Shown one piece after another: positions 1-10,040 of a stretch of DNA of 64,000 bases (its first letter is position 1; every line of letters begins with the position of its first letter). Source of the DNA: an uncultured Candidatus Saccharibacteria bacterium (lineage in GTDB: Bacteria > Patescibacteriota > Saccharimonadia > Saccharimonadales > SZUA-47); assembly GCA_964536485.1 (NCBI GenBank), contig CAZHXX010000003.1:28101-92100 (forward strand). Reading direction: 5' to 3'. The position numbers and the translations under genes were made by a program. Under the pieces are notes generated by a model. It had not been told where the DNA came from. It saw only the letters and a list, made by a program, of their open reading frames with translations, and searched no databases.

Positions 1-93
1 GTCAGTAGCTTCGGCCATCTGTTCGGTATCGGAATCAGAAACAAGCTCTTCTTTTGTCTCCGTATCATGTTCAATCTTGTGTTTTTTTGACAT
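1..93 (-). CDS. partial CDS (N-terminal 31 codons, continues past left edge), unknown product
   Basis: ATG at 93-91 preceded by a GGGGGAG Shine-Dalgarno-like motif; frame open to the window edge (MSKKHKIEHDTETKEEL...). Confidence 0.3.
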   Translation of the reverse strand, partial: MSKKHKIEHDTETKEELVSDSDTEQMAEATD

Positions 94-171
94 ACACTCC
101 CCCGCAGTTTTTTAGTGAGTTTTTCTACTTACGTTTATACGCCTCTATCTTGCGACGAACAAGTAGAAAAA

Positions 172-591
172 TCAGGCAGTTCCAAGTACTTGATTAACAA
201 AGTTTACTAATTCTTTGGGGGTAATCTCGGCTTTAATCAAGTAGCCGTCGGCCATTTTTTCTATTTTGGCGCGAGTCTCTTCTTTTTGGTCGAGGTTAGT
301 AGTAATAATAATCTTGCTTGTCATTGGTGGGCGTACGTTCTCGTCTTTCATTTTGTAGAGGAGATCTACGCCGTTCATCGTTGGGAGCATAATATCTAGC
401 AAAATAAGGTCGTAGTGATGAGTAACTGCTTCTCTTAGGGCGAGTTCGCCGTCTATTGCGGTAAAAACCTTGTAGCCAGCTCGTGTAAGTGCCCGCGTGT
501 ATAGCTCTGAAATAAACCGTTCATCTTCAATAATGAAGACACTCTTAGGCTCGGTATGAGGCTGTGCGACGGGAAGTTGTGTTGGTTCCAT
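172..591 (-). CDS. single-domain response regulator (CheY-like receiver)
   Basis: 139 aa; acidic pocket FIIEDE, phospho-acceptor context LILLDIMLP, conserved Lys in GYLIKAE; no output domain; 4 nt downstream of the kinase gene. Confidence 0.85.
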   Translation of the reverse strand: MEPTQLPVAQPHTEPKSVFIIEDERFISELYTRALTRAGYKVFTAIDGELALREAVTHHYDLILLDIMLPTMNGVDLLYKMKDENVRPPMTSKIIITTNLDQKEETRAKIEKMADGYLIKAEITPKELVNFVNQVLGTA

Positions 592-595
592 AGTT

Positions 596-2149
596 TTATT
601 GCCTGTTTAGCGTATGGTTTTTAATCCAGCCATGCGCTCCTCTCATAATACCATCTTGGCCGTCGACCTGTTCGTGCTTTACTTTGTCAAATACTTGAAG
701 CGTAAAGCTAAAGACGCTCCCCTCGCCTTCTTTGCTACGGACCCAAATGTTACCTCCATGGGCTGATACAATGGCTCGACATAGATAAAGCCCAAGACCT
801 GTACCTGTAATTTGTACACGACTCTTGTGGCTGCGGTAATACTTCTGAAATAGGTCCGGTATAACGGCAGGAGGAATGCCGATGCCAAAATCTTGCACGC
901 TTGTTTCTACGAAGCCGTCTGTGTTAAGGAACGATGTAATGATTATCCGGTCACTTTTGTCTGAGTATTTAATGGCATTATCAACAAGGTTATTGATGAC
1001 TTCATGAACACTAATTCTGTCCACGGCTACCGTAGGAAGATTTGGAGCGATATTTGTCTCGATGTGGATTCCGTGAACACCTGCGCGCAGTGACAAGTCT
1101 TCGACTGCCACCTTCACGATTTCTTGCCAGTTGTATTCTTGTAAAGAAAGAACGAGCTGATTTTCTTCTACTCGAGCGACATTTAAGATATTACCGACGA
1201 AAGCTGTTAGTTGTTGCGCACTCGCCTGCATTTTGTGCATAAAGCCTGTTAGCTCTGGGGAGAGCGTAGGGCCAACCTCATCCTCAAACACCTCGATGTA
1301 GCCCCGCATAACAGTAAGAGGCGTTCGTAGTTCGTGAACAGCAAGTGCCACAAAGGCTGTTTCTTGATCATCACGAGAGTATTGCTCGGTGCGATCAAAT
1401 AATGCCAAAAGTGCCTCACTCCCCGAGCTGTTTGCTTTTGCGTAGCTTGCAACCATGTCAAACTGCTTGCTTACCGCACCAATGTCGTCGGTAATGCGTA
1501 CACGATCCCATTGACGCGAATCATGAACGGTGTTTTGTTGCTTGTCTTTTAGCCACATCTCAAATGTCTCGCCATTACGAAACGAAAGTTTAACTGAATC
1601 ATAGAGTGGCTTACCAAGCACGTTGGGCGCCTCTTGGCCTATGTATGCGAGTGCAGATTTGTTAATCATAGTGACATTTTGGCGCTCATCGATACCGATA
1701 ATGGGCACCGCAAGTAGGTCAATAGCGAGCGGTGCTTTGCCAGGACTCTCGGCGACGACTGATGCTTGCTCGGCCGGTGAAAGTGTTGCCGACTGTTTTG
1801 TCATGCTTGCAAGGTCGTATACCTGAGCCGCAAGAGCTACTATCATTTCTCTGCCGATTTTAAGCGATTCCGGAACGGGCGCGGCACCACCACGGGAGCT
1901 GTGGCCTATGTAGACAATAATGTCCGAAAGCATGTTAAGCGGTTTTAGCGCTATTTTTATCGCTAGATGTGCGATTCCTACGGATGCTGAAAGAGTAAGG
2001 AGCGCCCAAATACTTATTCGCAGCGCTTCGTCATCAGGAAAAATTGTTTTAGAGACAACCCATAGCGCACAGGCAAACGCAAACAAGACAAAGAGCAAAA
2101 TGCTCGTGACTATGACAAGTCGTTGGCTTAGGCGTTTTGAGTAGTCCAT
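596..2149 (-). CDS. sensor histidine kinase
   Basis: 517 aa; N-terminal TM segments; H-box LAVHELRTPLT; HATPase_c boxes NLVDNAIKYS, DFGIGIP, GTGLGLYLC. Confidence 0.85.
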   Translation of the reverse strand: MDYSKRLSQRLVIVTSILLFVLFAFACALWVVSKTIFPDDEALRISIWALLTLSASVGIAHLAIKIALKPLNMLSDIIVYIGHSSRGGAAPVPESLKIGREMIVALAAQVYDLASMTKQSATLSPAEQASVVAESPGKAPLAIDLLAVPIIGIDERQNVTMINKSALAYIGQEAPNVLGKPLYDSVKLSFRNGETFEMWLKDKQQNTVHDSRQWDRVRITDDIGAVSKQFDMVASYAKANSSGSEALLALFDRTEQYSRDDQETAFVALAVHELRTPLTVMRGYIEVFEDEVGPTLSPELTGFMHKMQASAQQLTAFVGNILNVARVEENQLVLSLQEYNWQEIVKVAVEDLSLRAGVHGIHIETNIAPNLPTVAVDRISVHEVINNLVDNAIKYSDKSDRIIITSFLNTDGFVETSVQDFGIGIPPAVIPDLFQKYYRSHKSRVQITGTGLGLYLCRAIVSAHGGNIWVRSKEGEGSVFSFTLQVFDKVKHEQVDGQDGIMRGAHGWIKNHTLNRQ

Positions 2150-2155
2150 GTGCTT

Positions 2156-3334
2156 TTAAGGAGTGTAGGTGACTCTTCCTTCCTGAATAGCAGTAATCCA
2201 TACTTGGCCTGGTTCAAGTGGCATAGGGGTGCCCGAAGCAGTTTTAAATACAAGGCTTGCTGTATCTGAAGGTTTTTCCCACGAACCTTCTGTCATGACG
2301 CCATCTTGGAAGAATTGCGCTTTGCCTGTCCCGACATTTTGGTAAACACTATGTACGCCATCGGGATGAATGCTGTAAGGGACATAGAGCGCTACCACGA
2401 CCTTGGGGCTAATTTGCTTGCCTGTCCTTTCGTCGTTATGAGCGGCGCCGGCTAGATTTCTTTTGTAGACCTTCGCATCAGCATCGTAGCGGTAACTCGT
2501 GTCGTAAAGTGCACTCGATATATCGAACGAGATACTTGTTGCCGGGGTGCCTGTCGCTTCTGCTTTGTTGGTGTCGTTCAGGCGTTCAAATGCAGTAAAT
2601 TTACTCTCGTTAAAACCGTTCTCTGCACGCAACTGGTCAAGGCGAGCCATGCTGGTATAGACATTATGCGGAGCGTATCGGCTACTCACACGATCAAAGA
2701 AACGACTGCCGTATTTTCCGTGGTCCATGTCTTTTACGCCGAGCGCTCCAATGAGTGAAAGTGCCTCCCCGCTCCCACCGCTGTGTACATATCCAGCGTC
2801 AAAGCCGGAAACCCAGCGTACGTAGTAAGGGCGAGCTGAACGTATGGGGCCAATGTAGTCCGGTTGTGCTTCTTGAAAAAGGGCGAGAAAGCGAGTGATG
2901 CCACCTTCTGCTATTGCTTCAAAGACCACACCTGCGTCAACAAGCCCAGATTGAGGACGCGCATCTACACTATTTTCGATCATGATTCCCGTTACTGCTC
3001 GCTTTGAAAGCTCTTCGGTTGTTTCTAGTCCGGTGAGTGGTGAGTAGAACTTCACCGGTTCTGCTACAGGAGGCACGTAATTTGAAGTGATTTCAGGAAC
3101 AGGATTTGGTTTGGCTGGCTTTGGTCCAAACAGTCGTAGTACCCCAAGTCCTATGGCGAGCACTGCGAGACTTATGCCGGAAACTGCTATAACGTGCTTC
3201 TTTGTAGGCTTTTTTAAAAACTGACGTAAAAAGGTGTGTATCGAAGCAAATCGATGACTCTTTGTTACGATAACAGGTTCTGTAGTGGGGTCTGGGACGA
3301 CGTCGCCGAAAGGTTTATCTTTGTTTTTATCCAT
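2156..3334 (-). CDS. DUF3048-family membrane-anchored protein
   Basis: 392 aa; N-terminal TM anchor; core resembles the DUF3048 pattern (GIMIENSVDARPQSGL...GGITRFLALF). Confidence 0.65.
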   Translation of the reverse strand: MDKNKDKPFGDVVPDPTTEPVIVTKSHRFASIHTFLRQFLKKPTKKHVIAVSGISLAVLAIGLGVLRLFGPKPAKPNPVPEITSNYVPPVAEPVKFYSPLTGLETTEELSKRAVTGIMIENSVDARPQSGLVDAGVVFEAIAEGGITRFLALFQEAQPDYIGPIRSARPYYVRWVSGFDAGYVHSGGSGEALSLIGALGVKDMDHGKYGSRFFDRVSSRYAPHNVYTSMARLDQLRAENGFNESKFTAFERLNDTNKAEATGTPATSISFDISSALYDTSYRYDADAKVYKRNLAGAAHNDERTGKQISPKVVVALYVPYSIHPDGVHSVYQNVGTGKAQFFQDGVMTEGSWEKPSDTASLVFKTASGTPMPLEPGQVWITAIQEGRVTYTP

Positions 3335-3398
3335 AGTAGTTATGGTTTATTTTACGTTGTTTTTTATTGGAAAACAATACGGTGTTACAATAGGTGAA

Positions 3399-5099
3399 AT
3401 GGATACACAACTACAAGAAAAAATAATCAGTCTTTTGACTGGCGGACGAGCCTTGCCTACGCGAGAGTCTTTGGAAGCACAGTTCCCTATGCGTCAACTG
3501 AATAGTGGCGCAGAGGTCACTCGTCTTTGCCCTTCTCCAACGGGTTTTGTGCATATCGGGACAGTATTTACCGCGCAACTGTGCCAGTTTGTTGCTCATC
3601 AGTCTAGCGGTGTGTACATGCTACGCATAGAAGACACCGATAAAAAGCGTGAAGTAAGTGGCGCGAAAGAGCTTATAGCTCAGCAACTTGCGCATTTTGG
3701 ACTTACCCCTGACGAAGGCTTGATGGCAGACGGAACAACAAAAGGTGTCTATGGGCCTTACGTGCAAAGCGAACGTGCTGATATATATCTTGCGTTTGCA
3801 GTAGAGCTACTGCGCGCCGGACGGGCGTATCCTTGCTTTGCGACCCCTGAAGAATTACAGAATACAGTCAAGGACCAGCAGTCTAAAAAAATGCGCCCTG
3901 GATACTATAGCGAATGGGCGCTATGGCGGAACAAGTCTGACGCTGAAGTGGTGGAGGCACTAGAGGCAGGAAAGCCTTTTGTGCTTCGTTTTAAATCTCA
4001 CGGCTCTCATCTTAAGCGGGTGTTGTTTGACGATGTGCTTAAAGGCCATATGGAGCTTCCAGAAAACGATTTAGACGTGCCGCTCATAAAGTCTGACGAA
4101 TATCGCTTGCCGACCTATCATCTGGCGCATGTTGTTGATGACTACTTGATGCGCTCTACGATTATTATGCGCGGTGAAGAGTGGCTTCCCTCAACCCCAC
4201 TTCATCTTGAGCTTTCCGATGCGCTACATATTCCGCGGTTTCGGTATGCGCATACACCAGTTATCTCGATTTTAGACCCAAATGGTGGCGGAAAGCGCAA
4301 GCTCTCAAAGCGCAAAGACCCCGAAGCAGATGTGGCGTTTTGGCTGAAGCAAGCCTATCCACTAAAAGCAATAAAAGCTTATCTGCTAGGGCTTGCTAAC
4401 TCAAACTTTGAAGACTGGTACCGTGCACATCCAGATGCCGACTTATCTGAATTTGAGTTTAGCCTGGAACGGCTTAAGACCTCTCGTTCTCCTCTGCTGG
4501 ACGTTAAAAAAGTTGAAGACTATGCAAAAGACGAGATTGCGCGCATGTCGCAAGAGCATTTTAATAAAGAGATTTTAGCTTGGTGCGAACTCCACGATCA
4601 GACGCTTTTTGGTGCAATGATGGAAGACCCAGAATACACAAAGAGAGTGCTGGCTATTGAACGTGATGGAGAAAAACCGCGGAAAGATGTCGCAAAATGG
4701 TCTGATGCCCCAGAACAATTTGGCTACTTTTATGATGACATTTTTGAGCTGAACATCTTGCCGACTGCACAATGTGAGAATGAAACCGCTTTTACTGACG
4801 AAGCGCAAGAAGCGCTTGATGTATTCTTGAAGCACTACGACCACTTTGCAGACAAAGAAACCTGGTTTGAAAACATGAAAAATGCAGGCGTCGAAGCTGG
4901 CTATTGCCTAGACCGTAAGGAACTCAAAGAAAATCCTGACAAGTTTAAAGGTGGTATTGCAGACTTTGCGGGAATTATTCGTTTACAGCTCACCGGTAAA
5001 TCACGTACGCCAGACCTCTGGACCATTATGCAAGTCATGGGCGAAGACCGAGTTAAACATCGGTTGGGCGCGGAAACTGAAACAACAGAGCTGTCGTAA
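3399..5099 (+). CDS. gltX: glutamyl-tRNA synthetase
   Basis: Class I aaRS signatures PTGFVHIGT (HIGH-type) and KLSKRK (KMSKS-type). I moved the start from the track's 3285 to ATG 3399 behind an AGGTGA RBS, because 3285 overlaps the divergent upstream gene. Confidence 0.9.
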   Translation: MDTQLQEKIISLLTGGRALPTRESLEAQFPMRQLNSGAEVTRLCPSPTGFVHIGTVFTAQLCQFVAHQSSGVYMLRIEDTDKKREVSGAKELIAQQLAHFGLTPDEGLMADGTTKGVYGPYVQSERADIYLAFAVELLRAGRAYPCFATPEELQNTVKDQQSKKMRPGYYSEWALWRNKSDAEVVEALEAGKPFVLRFKSHGSHLKRVLFDDVLKGHMELPENDLDVPLIKSDEYRLPTYHLAHVVDDYLMRSTIIMRGEEWLPSTPLHLELSDALHIPRFRYAHTPVISILDPNGGGKRKLSKRKDPEADVAFWLKQAYPLKAIKAYLLGLANSNFEDWYRAHPDADLSEFEFSLERLKTSRSPLLDVKKVEDYAKDEIARMSQEHFNKEILAWCELHDQTLFGAMMEDPEYTKRVLAIERDGEKPRKDVAKWSDAPEQFGYFYDDIFELNILPTAQCENETAFTDEAQEALDVFLKHYDHFADKETWFENMKNAGVEAGYCLDRKELKENPDKFKGGIADFAGIIRLQLTGKSRTPDLWTIMQVMGEDRVKHRLGAETETTELS

Positions 5100-5616
5100 T
5101 TGACGCGACATGCCCAACCATCGGAATAGTCTTGAAAGACGCATCCCCTATTGACATGAGAGGCCGTGCAACAACTTCATCTTTAAGTGGGCGGTAGACT
5201 GTTATACGTCCTGCGAACAGAGACGGGTCTTCCGCGATTATTGATTCACTTAGTAACTGCGCAGCTTCTAGCTGTGGTGCTCGTTCATGGTATTTAGCGC
5301 CAATTGTTTGTGCCCCTTGAGGAGCACCTGCAAAAGTAATGCCACGTTTAAGCTCGGGATATTTGTGGAACAAATAAACTAGTTCTGTCGCACCGGCACT
5401 TATTGCAAGTACTGTTGTAGCTTGCTTGCCTAGGGATGCGATAGTGTCTTCAAGCCTAGATAGTTTTTGGTCTATTGGCTCAAGTGATGTCCACTTTGAG
5501 TCAAAAAATACAACGTTATTCCACCCTACTCTTTTTCCACGCCAAGCAACAAAGCGTTCTTGACGATGAGTAGTTCGTTCATCGCCTACTCCGGTTAGAT
5601 ATAGTAAATTTTGCAT
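5053..5616 (-). CDS. hypothetical protein (possible alpha/beta-fold hydrolase-like)
   Basis: Start trimmed to MQNLLYLTG (ATG 5616-5614), immediately after the stop of the upstream gene at 5622; 3' end overlaps the gltX 3' end convergently. Confidence 0.45.
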   Translation of the reverse strand: MQNLLYLTGVGDERTTHRQERFVAWRGKRVGWNNVVFFDSKWTSLEPIDQKLSRLEDTIASLGKQATTVLAISAGATELVYLFHKYPELKRGITFAGAPQGAQTIGAKYHERAPQLEAAQLLSESIIAEDPSLFAGRITVYRPLKDEVVARPLMSIGDASFKTIPMVGHVASITTALLFQFPRPTDV

Positions 5617-5621
5617 GGTGA

Positions 5622-6725
5622 CTAGATGCTGGCGGCGATGCGGACAAGCTGGTCGGTTGTCATCTTGGAATCGCCCTTGACCTGATACCAGATACCGTTG
5701 TCTACCCAAGTAGCGTTGGAGCCGTCGTAGATAAAGAGCGTGCGACCACGGTCTACGTAGGTTTGGTACTGCTTATTTTCGGCAACAACGTAGTTGGTAA
5801 GAAGCGCATCGCTATTCCATCGGGTTTCTTTTTGGATGACTGAATAGTTTCTGTCGTCGGTGTTTGAAGCAAAAGAAATAGTTACTTGGCCGTTCCCATA
5901 CTGAATAGGACCTTTAAAACTAAATCCAGCCGGCTGATATGCTGGCATGCTCGCGTGCACCCCTGCCCGAGCGGCAGCAACACGCATAGATAAGTTAGGA
6001 ACATTCTGGATGGCAAAAAAGCCGACAAGCAAGACACCTGCGAGCACTGATGAGCTCACTGCCATTGCTCTTGGAGTGATGCCTAGGCGGTGCGCAAGCT
6101 TGCGTCGGCGGGTCTTGGCGTACACATGTGGTGCAACTTGTTCGTGTGATGTTGCGTGCGCAAGCGCTTTTGCAACAGCGACATTACTTGCATGGTGCTT
6201 CGTATGGACTTGCTCGGTTGTGCGTACTGCGGAGACTTTCTGTGCCTGTACAGGTGGTGCGACGGAGGCTTGTTTTACCGGCAGATGAGCAACTTTTTTC
6301 ACGACAGAACTTCGTACTTGATGATCTCCAAAGCGCGAAACCATAGGGTTCTTTACCGTAACGTGAGCCATATGCTGGCGTTCTGGAGTGGTAGAGCTAG
6401 CAACTTTGTGGATTTGTTTCTGTGTCTCTACAGGTTTAGTGGCAACGACAGGAGCAGGCTTTTTTACGGCACTTCGCATGAGCGTCTTTGACTTTTGAAC
6501 CTGCTTCTTGTGGTTTATACCAGTGTGTGGCGTGCTAGTTTTTTGTGTAGCGGTTGCTCCGGGTCTTCTGGTGAAGCCATCAATAACTGCCCCCGTTTTC
6601 TTTGCCGGAGTGATTACTTCTGGCGCAGGAGGAGTTACCGCTGGCTCGTCTTTTATCATTCTGCCAGTGACGGCATCATATTTTTTGCCGTTTATTTCAA
6701 TAACATCTCTGTGTTGTGTACCCAC
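5622..6725 (-). CDS. hypothetical basic protein with internal TM anchor
   Basis: 367 aa; Lys/Ala/Val-rich disordered N-terminal part, one TM (VLAGVLLVGFFAI), folded C-terminal domain. Confidence 0.55.
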   Translation of the reverse strand: MGTQHRDVIEINGKKYDAVTGRMIKDEPAVTPPAPEVITPAKKTGAVIDGFTRRPGATATQKTSTPHTGINHKKQVQKSKTLMRSAVKKPAPVVATKPVETQKQIHKVASSTTPERQHMAHVTVKNPMVSRFGDHQVRSSVVKKVAHLPVKQASVAPPVQAQKVSAVRTTEQVHTKHHASNVAVAKALAHATSHEQVAPHVYAKTRRRKLAHRLGITPRAMAVSSSVLAGVLLVGFFAIQNVPNLSMRVAAARAGVHASMPAYQPAGFSFKGPIQYGNGQVTISFASNTDDRNYSVIQKETRWNSDALLTNYVVAENKQYQTYVDRGRTLFIYDGSNATWVDNGIWYQVKGDSKMTTDQLVRIAASI

Positions 6726-6851
6726 GCTTTTTCTTCCTTTTACCCTTGCTTCATATAATCGTAGCTTGAATAGCCAACTTTGGCAAGGCTAAACAGTTGG
6801 TAATAAGGTACAATATATTGCATAGGTTAAAAGATTGCGAAAAAAGCTTCT

Positions 6852-8339
6852 ATGGATTACTTAGACCCAAACAAAAAACGACGTAAAAAAAATCAATTAT
6901 TAGTCATGTATGCACTTCTTGGCGTTGCGATAGCTATTGCGACACTAGTGGTAGTGTATAACGTCAGAGGCTATTCAATAAGTAGACAGACAGGAGAGGT
7001 CATACAGAATGGCCTTATCTATCTGGATAGTAAGCCAGAGTCTGCTGAAATATACCTAAACGGCGAAAAGCAGAAAGGAAGAACAGACGCTCGACTTGTT
7101 GCTGAAGAAGGAGTCTATGCAATCGAACTAAAGCGCGATGGATACAGATACTGGAAGAGGAACTTAACTCTAGAGGGTGGTAGCTTACGCCGTCTCACCT
7201 ACGCGCGTTTGGTCCCTGAGAAGATAGACTCGGACACGTTGCTTACGCTACCAGCGGCGCCGTCACTCACAAGTCAGAGTAACGACAAGCGCTGGGTAAT
7301 ATTTTTCTCAAACGAAAACCCTCTACTTATGCAAGTGCTTGATCTTGAGCGCACACAAGCACAGCTTTTCCCTCTGCAACTCCCTGTTGACTTCTTAAAA
7401 ACCAAAGAGTCTGGTACGTGGAAAGTCGTCGATTGGGCAGATGACAATAAGACCATGTTGGCGACATATACTACGGAAAGTGGGGTTGAGGCGGTACTTA
7501 TTAACCGTGAAGATGCGACGAAGTCGGTCAACATTACTTCACTCTATCCGGGGATTTCAATTAGTGAAGTGCAACTGCGGGCAAGAAAAAACGACCTCGT
7601 GTATCTCTTTGACAAGAAAAGCGGAACTGTCTTACGTGCCGATGTGACACAAAAGACATCTGAAGTGGTTTTGAGCAATGTTCTGGCCTATATGTCCTAC
7701 GGCGAAGAGACCTTTTTGTATGTGACAAAAGGTGATGCTAAAGATGGCATGGTAGAAGTTTTTCTTAAAGTTGCTGACAAGAGTTACAGGCTCAGAGACA
7801 TTCAGGAAGACACCGTGTACTTGCTGGCTATCTCAAAGCTTGGGAATGCCTATGTGCTGGGAACAGGGACGCCAAAAGATAATCGAGTAATTGTGTATAA
7901 CGACCCAATTCATGCCCTCGATGCAAATGATTTTTCAACTATTCCCGTCCCGACAACAGTATTAAATGTTACTTCCCCAAACGAAGTTCATATTTCTGCG
8001 GATTCCAGTGTCATTATGGCCAGAAACAATACTACGGTTGCCTCGCACGAATTTGAAGCCGATAGGTCGTACACGTTTAACCTGGCAGTGCCGGTGCGAG
8101 ATCTAACTGAATCTCATTGGGTCGATGGCCAGCATCTCATCTACACGGCTGATTCTGGTGCGCTACAGATCGTTGATTTTGACGGAAGTAATGACTATGA
8201 GCTGGTTGCTGGTGCGGGGGCGTTGCAAGGCTATTTTAGCCGAACGATGGATTTGCTCTACACTACAGGTGCTGTTCCTGAGGGACTAACAACGCCTCCC
8301 TTGCTCAGGCATTATATGAGAACTCAAGCAGACAGGTAG
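6852..8339 (+). CDS. PEGA domain-containing membrane-anchored protein
   Basis: 495 aa; N-terminal TM; PEGA-like segment (SKPESAEIYLNGEKQKGRTDARL...YAIELKRDGYRYWKRNLTL). Confidence 0.7.
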   Translation: MDYLDPNKKRRKKNQLLVMYALLGVAIAIATLVVVYNVRGYSISRQTGEVIQNGLIYLDSKPESAEIYLNGEKQKGRTDARLVAEEGVYAIELKRDGYRYWKRNLTLEGGSLRRLTYARLVPEKIDSDTLLTLPAAPSLTSQSNDKRWVIFFSNENPLLMQVLDLERTQAQLFPLQLPVDFLKTKESGTWKVVDWADDNKTMLATYTTESGVEAVLINREDATKSVNITSLYPGISISEVQLRARKNDLVYLFDKKSGTVLRADVTQKTSEVVLSNVLAYMSYGEETFLYVTKGDAKDGMVEVFLKVADKSYRLRDIQEDTVYLLAISKLGNAYVLGTGTPKDNRVIVYNDPIHALDANDFSTIPVPTTVLNVTSPNEVHISADSSVIMARNNTTVASHEFEADRSYTFNLAVPVRDLTESHWVDGQHLIYTADSGALQIVDFDGSNDYELVAGAGALQGYFSRTMDLLYTTGAVPEGLTTPPLLRHYMRTQADR

Positions 8340-8340
8340 C

Positions 8341-9726
8341 CTAGAAAGGCCATAATCGTGACCACAGTGTTGGTGCGTTTGATGGGAGCTTGTTTGTCTC
8401 TTCGCTTGACGGTGCTATAGCGGTGCTTTGTTTGTTGCCTGTTGGGTCGGGACTTATTTGCTCGGCAACTACGATTAAACGGTTAAGCGATGTGCCAGGC
8501 GGGTCACAAGTGATTAGTGTTATCGTGTTCGGCTTGTCTTGCGTGTCAAGCACCGCAACGTTATCCGGACTCACTATTTCTTTTTTGTATACCTTGTAGG
8601 TATAGCGTATGCCATCTTTTTGTACAAAAAATGTGTCCTCGTTCTCCAGGCGTTTTAGCAACACAAAGGCAAACTTATATTTTCCGGAGTTTAGTATATT
8701 GTTGCTTGAGTGGCCGACAATTGCGACATTCCCCTGCTCTCCAGGGTTTGGGGTGCTTGCATAATGAACTACCCCATCTTCAAGTGCTTTTTGAACATCT
8801 GCTTCTGCCACGGTGCTCATACCAAACACAACCGGCACTTCAAGGTTTATTTTAGGGATAATAATTTTTGACTCGGGACCTACTTCACCAGTTTGAGAAC
8901 CAATAATTGGCGTTGCACTTACGGTGCGCGCTGGGCTTATGAACGGCGCGATAAAGACCTCATTAAAAAGGGTGAAGCTAACAAGAAGCCCCACGAAGGC
9001 AGCTAGGCTTAAGCCAAAAAGGAGCGATTTTACATGATGCATCGGTGTAAGCTTCCCACCGGCATTTATTTTTTCAAAAAGTTGTGATTTCACCTCGCCT
9101 ATAGTGCGCTGGTCAGGAGGCGTTTCTACGAGTCTCTTGTGAGGTGTCGGCAAGGTCGGGAGGGTGACGTGCTCGGTCTGTTTTTCGGCTTTTGGGTCGG
9201 ATTTTTTTATTGCGGGGTGTTTAGAGAACTTTTCCTGGTTTTCGTAGAATTCCCGCCATACCTGGTGTTTTTCTTCGTCCGGAAGAGCCAAATAATAGTG
9301 GTGCCATTCTGTCTGTATGTCTGCCAATGACTTTCCTGAAGTGGTGAGCTCATACATGAACTGTTGGTGCTTTGAACGATGCACAACAAGCTCTGCTTCT
9401 TCTGCTTCTCGTTCTGCAGACGGCTCTTTGCCGTAGAGTTTTGAAAGCTTCTCTCGTACAAGCTCAACAGCGGGGTTGCCGCTTCGCTCCGTACTGCCAG
9501 CCGCACTCTTGTTTTGCTTGTTTCTGTTGGTTGGCGCCATAAGTGCGTTAATAACATCTTCATCGGCAGTCTGCGTAGGGGCTAGCTCAAGCACGTGCTT
9601 TCGAGCATCTTCTTTCCCTCCTACCTGAGCTGCTAATCGGGCAGTTTTTTCGCGCAGTTCAGCAAGAAGATCGTCGTTGTTTTGAGTGCTCGATGTGTGA
9701 GCGGTGTCGTCGGGAGAATCAGGCAT
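8341..9726 (-). CDS. sortase family transpeptidase with long N-terminal extension
   Basis: 461 aa; catalytic motifs VAIVGHSSN (His) and TLITCDPPGT (TLxTC Cys); TM at ~230 aa. Confidence 0.8.
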   Translation of the reverse strand: MPDSPDDTAHTSSTQNNDDLLAELREKTARLAAQVGGKEDARKHVLELAPTQTADEDVINALMAPTNRNKQNKSAAGSTERSGNPAVELVREKLSKLYGKEPSAEREAEEAELVVHRSKHQQFMYELTTSGKSLADIQTEWHHYYLALPDEEKHQVWREFYENQEKFSKHPAIKKSDPKAEKQTEHVTLPTLPTPHKRLVETPPDQRTIGEVKSQLFEKINAGGKLTPMHHVKSLLFGLSLAAFVGLLVSFTLFNEVFIAPFISPARTVSATPIIGSQTGEVGPESKIIIPKINLEVPVVFGMSTVAEADVQKALEDGVVHYASTPNPGEQGNVAIVGHSSNNILNSGKYKFAFVLLKRLENEDTFFVQKDGIRYTYKVYKKEIVSPDNVAVLDTQDKPNTITLITCDPPGTSLNRLIVVAEQISPDPTGNKQSTAIAPSSEETNKLPSNAPTLWSRLWPF

Positions 9727-9760
9727 AATCTGTTTAAGTATACCATCGAGTTTGCGGTGT

Positions 9761-9916
9761 TTGAAGCGTCACGAGCGTAATGCGCACAGCTTTAAGAATG
9801 ATTAACGTATAAGCTCACTTGGTGCCGGGCAGGCGTGACTTGAACCGTCACGAGCGTAATGCGCACAGCTTTAAGAATGATTAACGTATAAGCTCACTTG
9901 GTGCCGCCCGACGGAC
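9761..9916 (-). repeat. tandem ~77-79-nt repeat: two degenerate copies of a tRNA-Leu 3' half plus a 30-nt spacer
   Basis: Units at 9761-9839 and 9840-9916 are identical over 60 nt (cgtcacgagcgtaatgcgcacag...cttggtgccg). Each repeats the variable-arm/T-arm/acceptor-CCA part of the adjacent tRNA. Confidence 0.85.
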
Positions 9917-9986
9917 TTGAACCGTCACGAGCGTAATGCTCACAGGATTTTGAGTCCGGCGTGTCTACCAATTCCACCAGGGCGGC
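9899..9986 (-). tRNA. tRNA-Leu (anticodon CAA), class II, CCA encoded
   Basis: Reverse complement is GCCGCCCTGGTGGAATTGGTAGACACGCCGGACTCAAAATCCTGTGAGCATTACGCTCGTGACGGTTCAAGTCCGTCGGGCGGCACCA. It has a 7-bp acceptor stem, long variable arm GAGC/GCTC and T-arm GACGG-TTCAAGT-CCGTC, with one C-U mismatch in the anticodon stem. Confidence 0.85.
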
Positions 9987-10040
9987 CCCAATTAAGCTTA
10001 TCGTATCTATAGGATATTATACCGAGAACTGAGGTGATTA

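Noticed and set aside
5947-6792. Stack of five plus-strand ORFs (72-113 aa) opposite the 5622-6725 gene
   Set aside because: They overlap each other, are Cys/Arg-rich and show no start context. They are typical shadow ORFs of a compositionally biased gene.
9761-9916. Short tandem repeats considered as a mini CRISPR array
   Set aside because: There are only two units, no unique spacers of CRISPR type, and the sequence is clearly derived from the adjacent tRNA.
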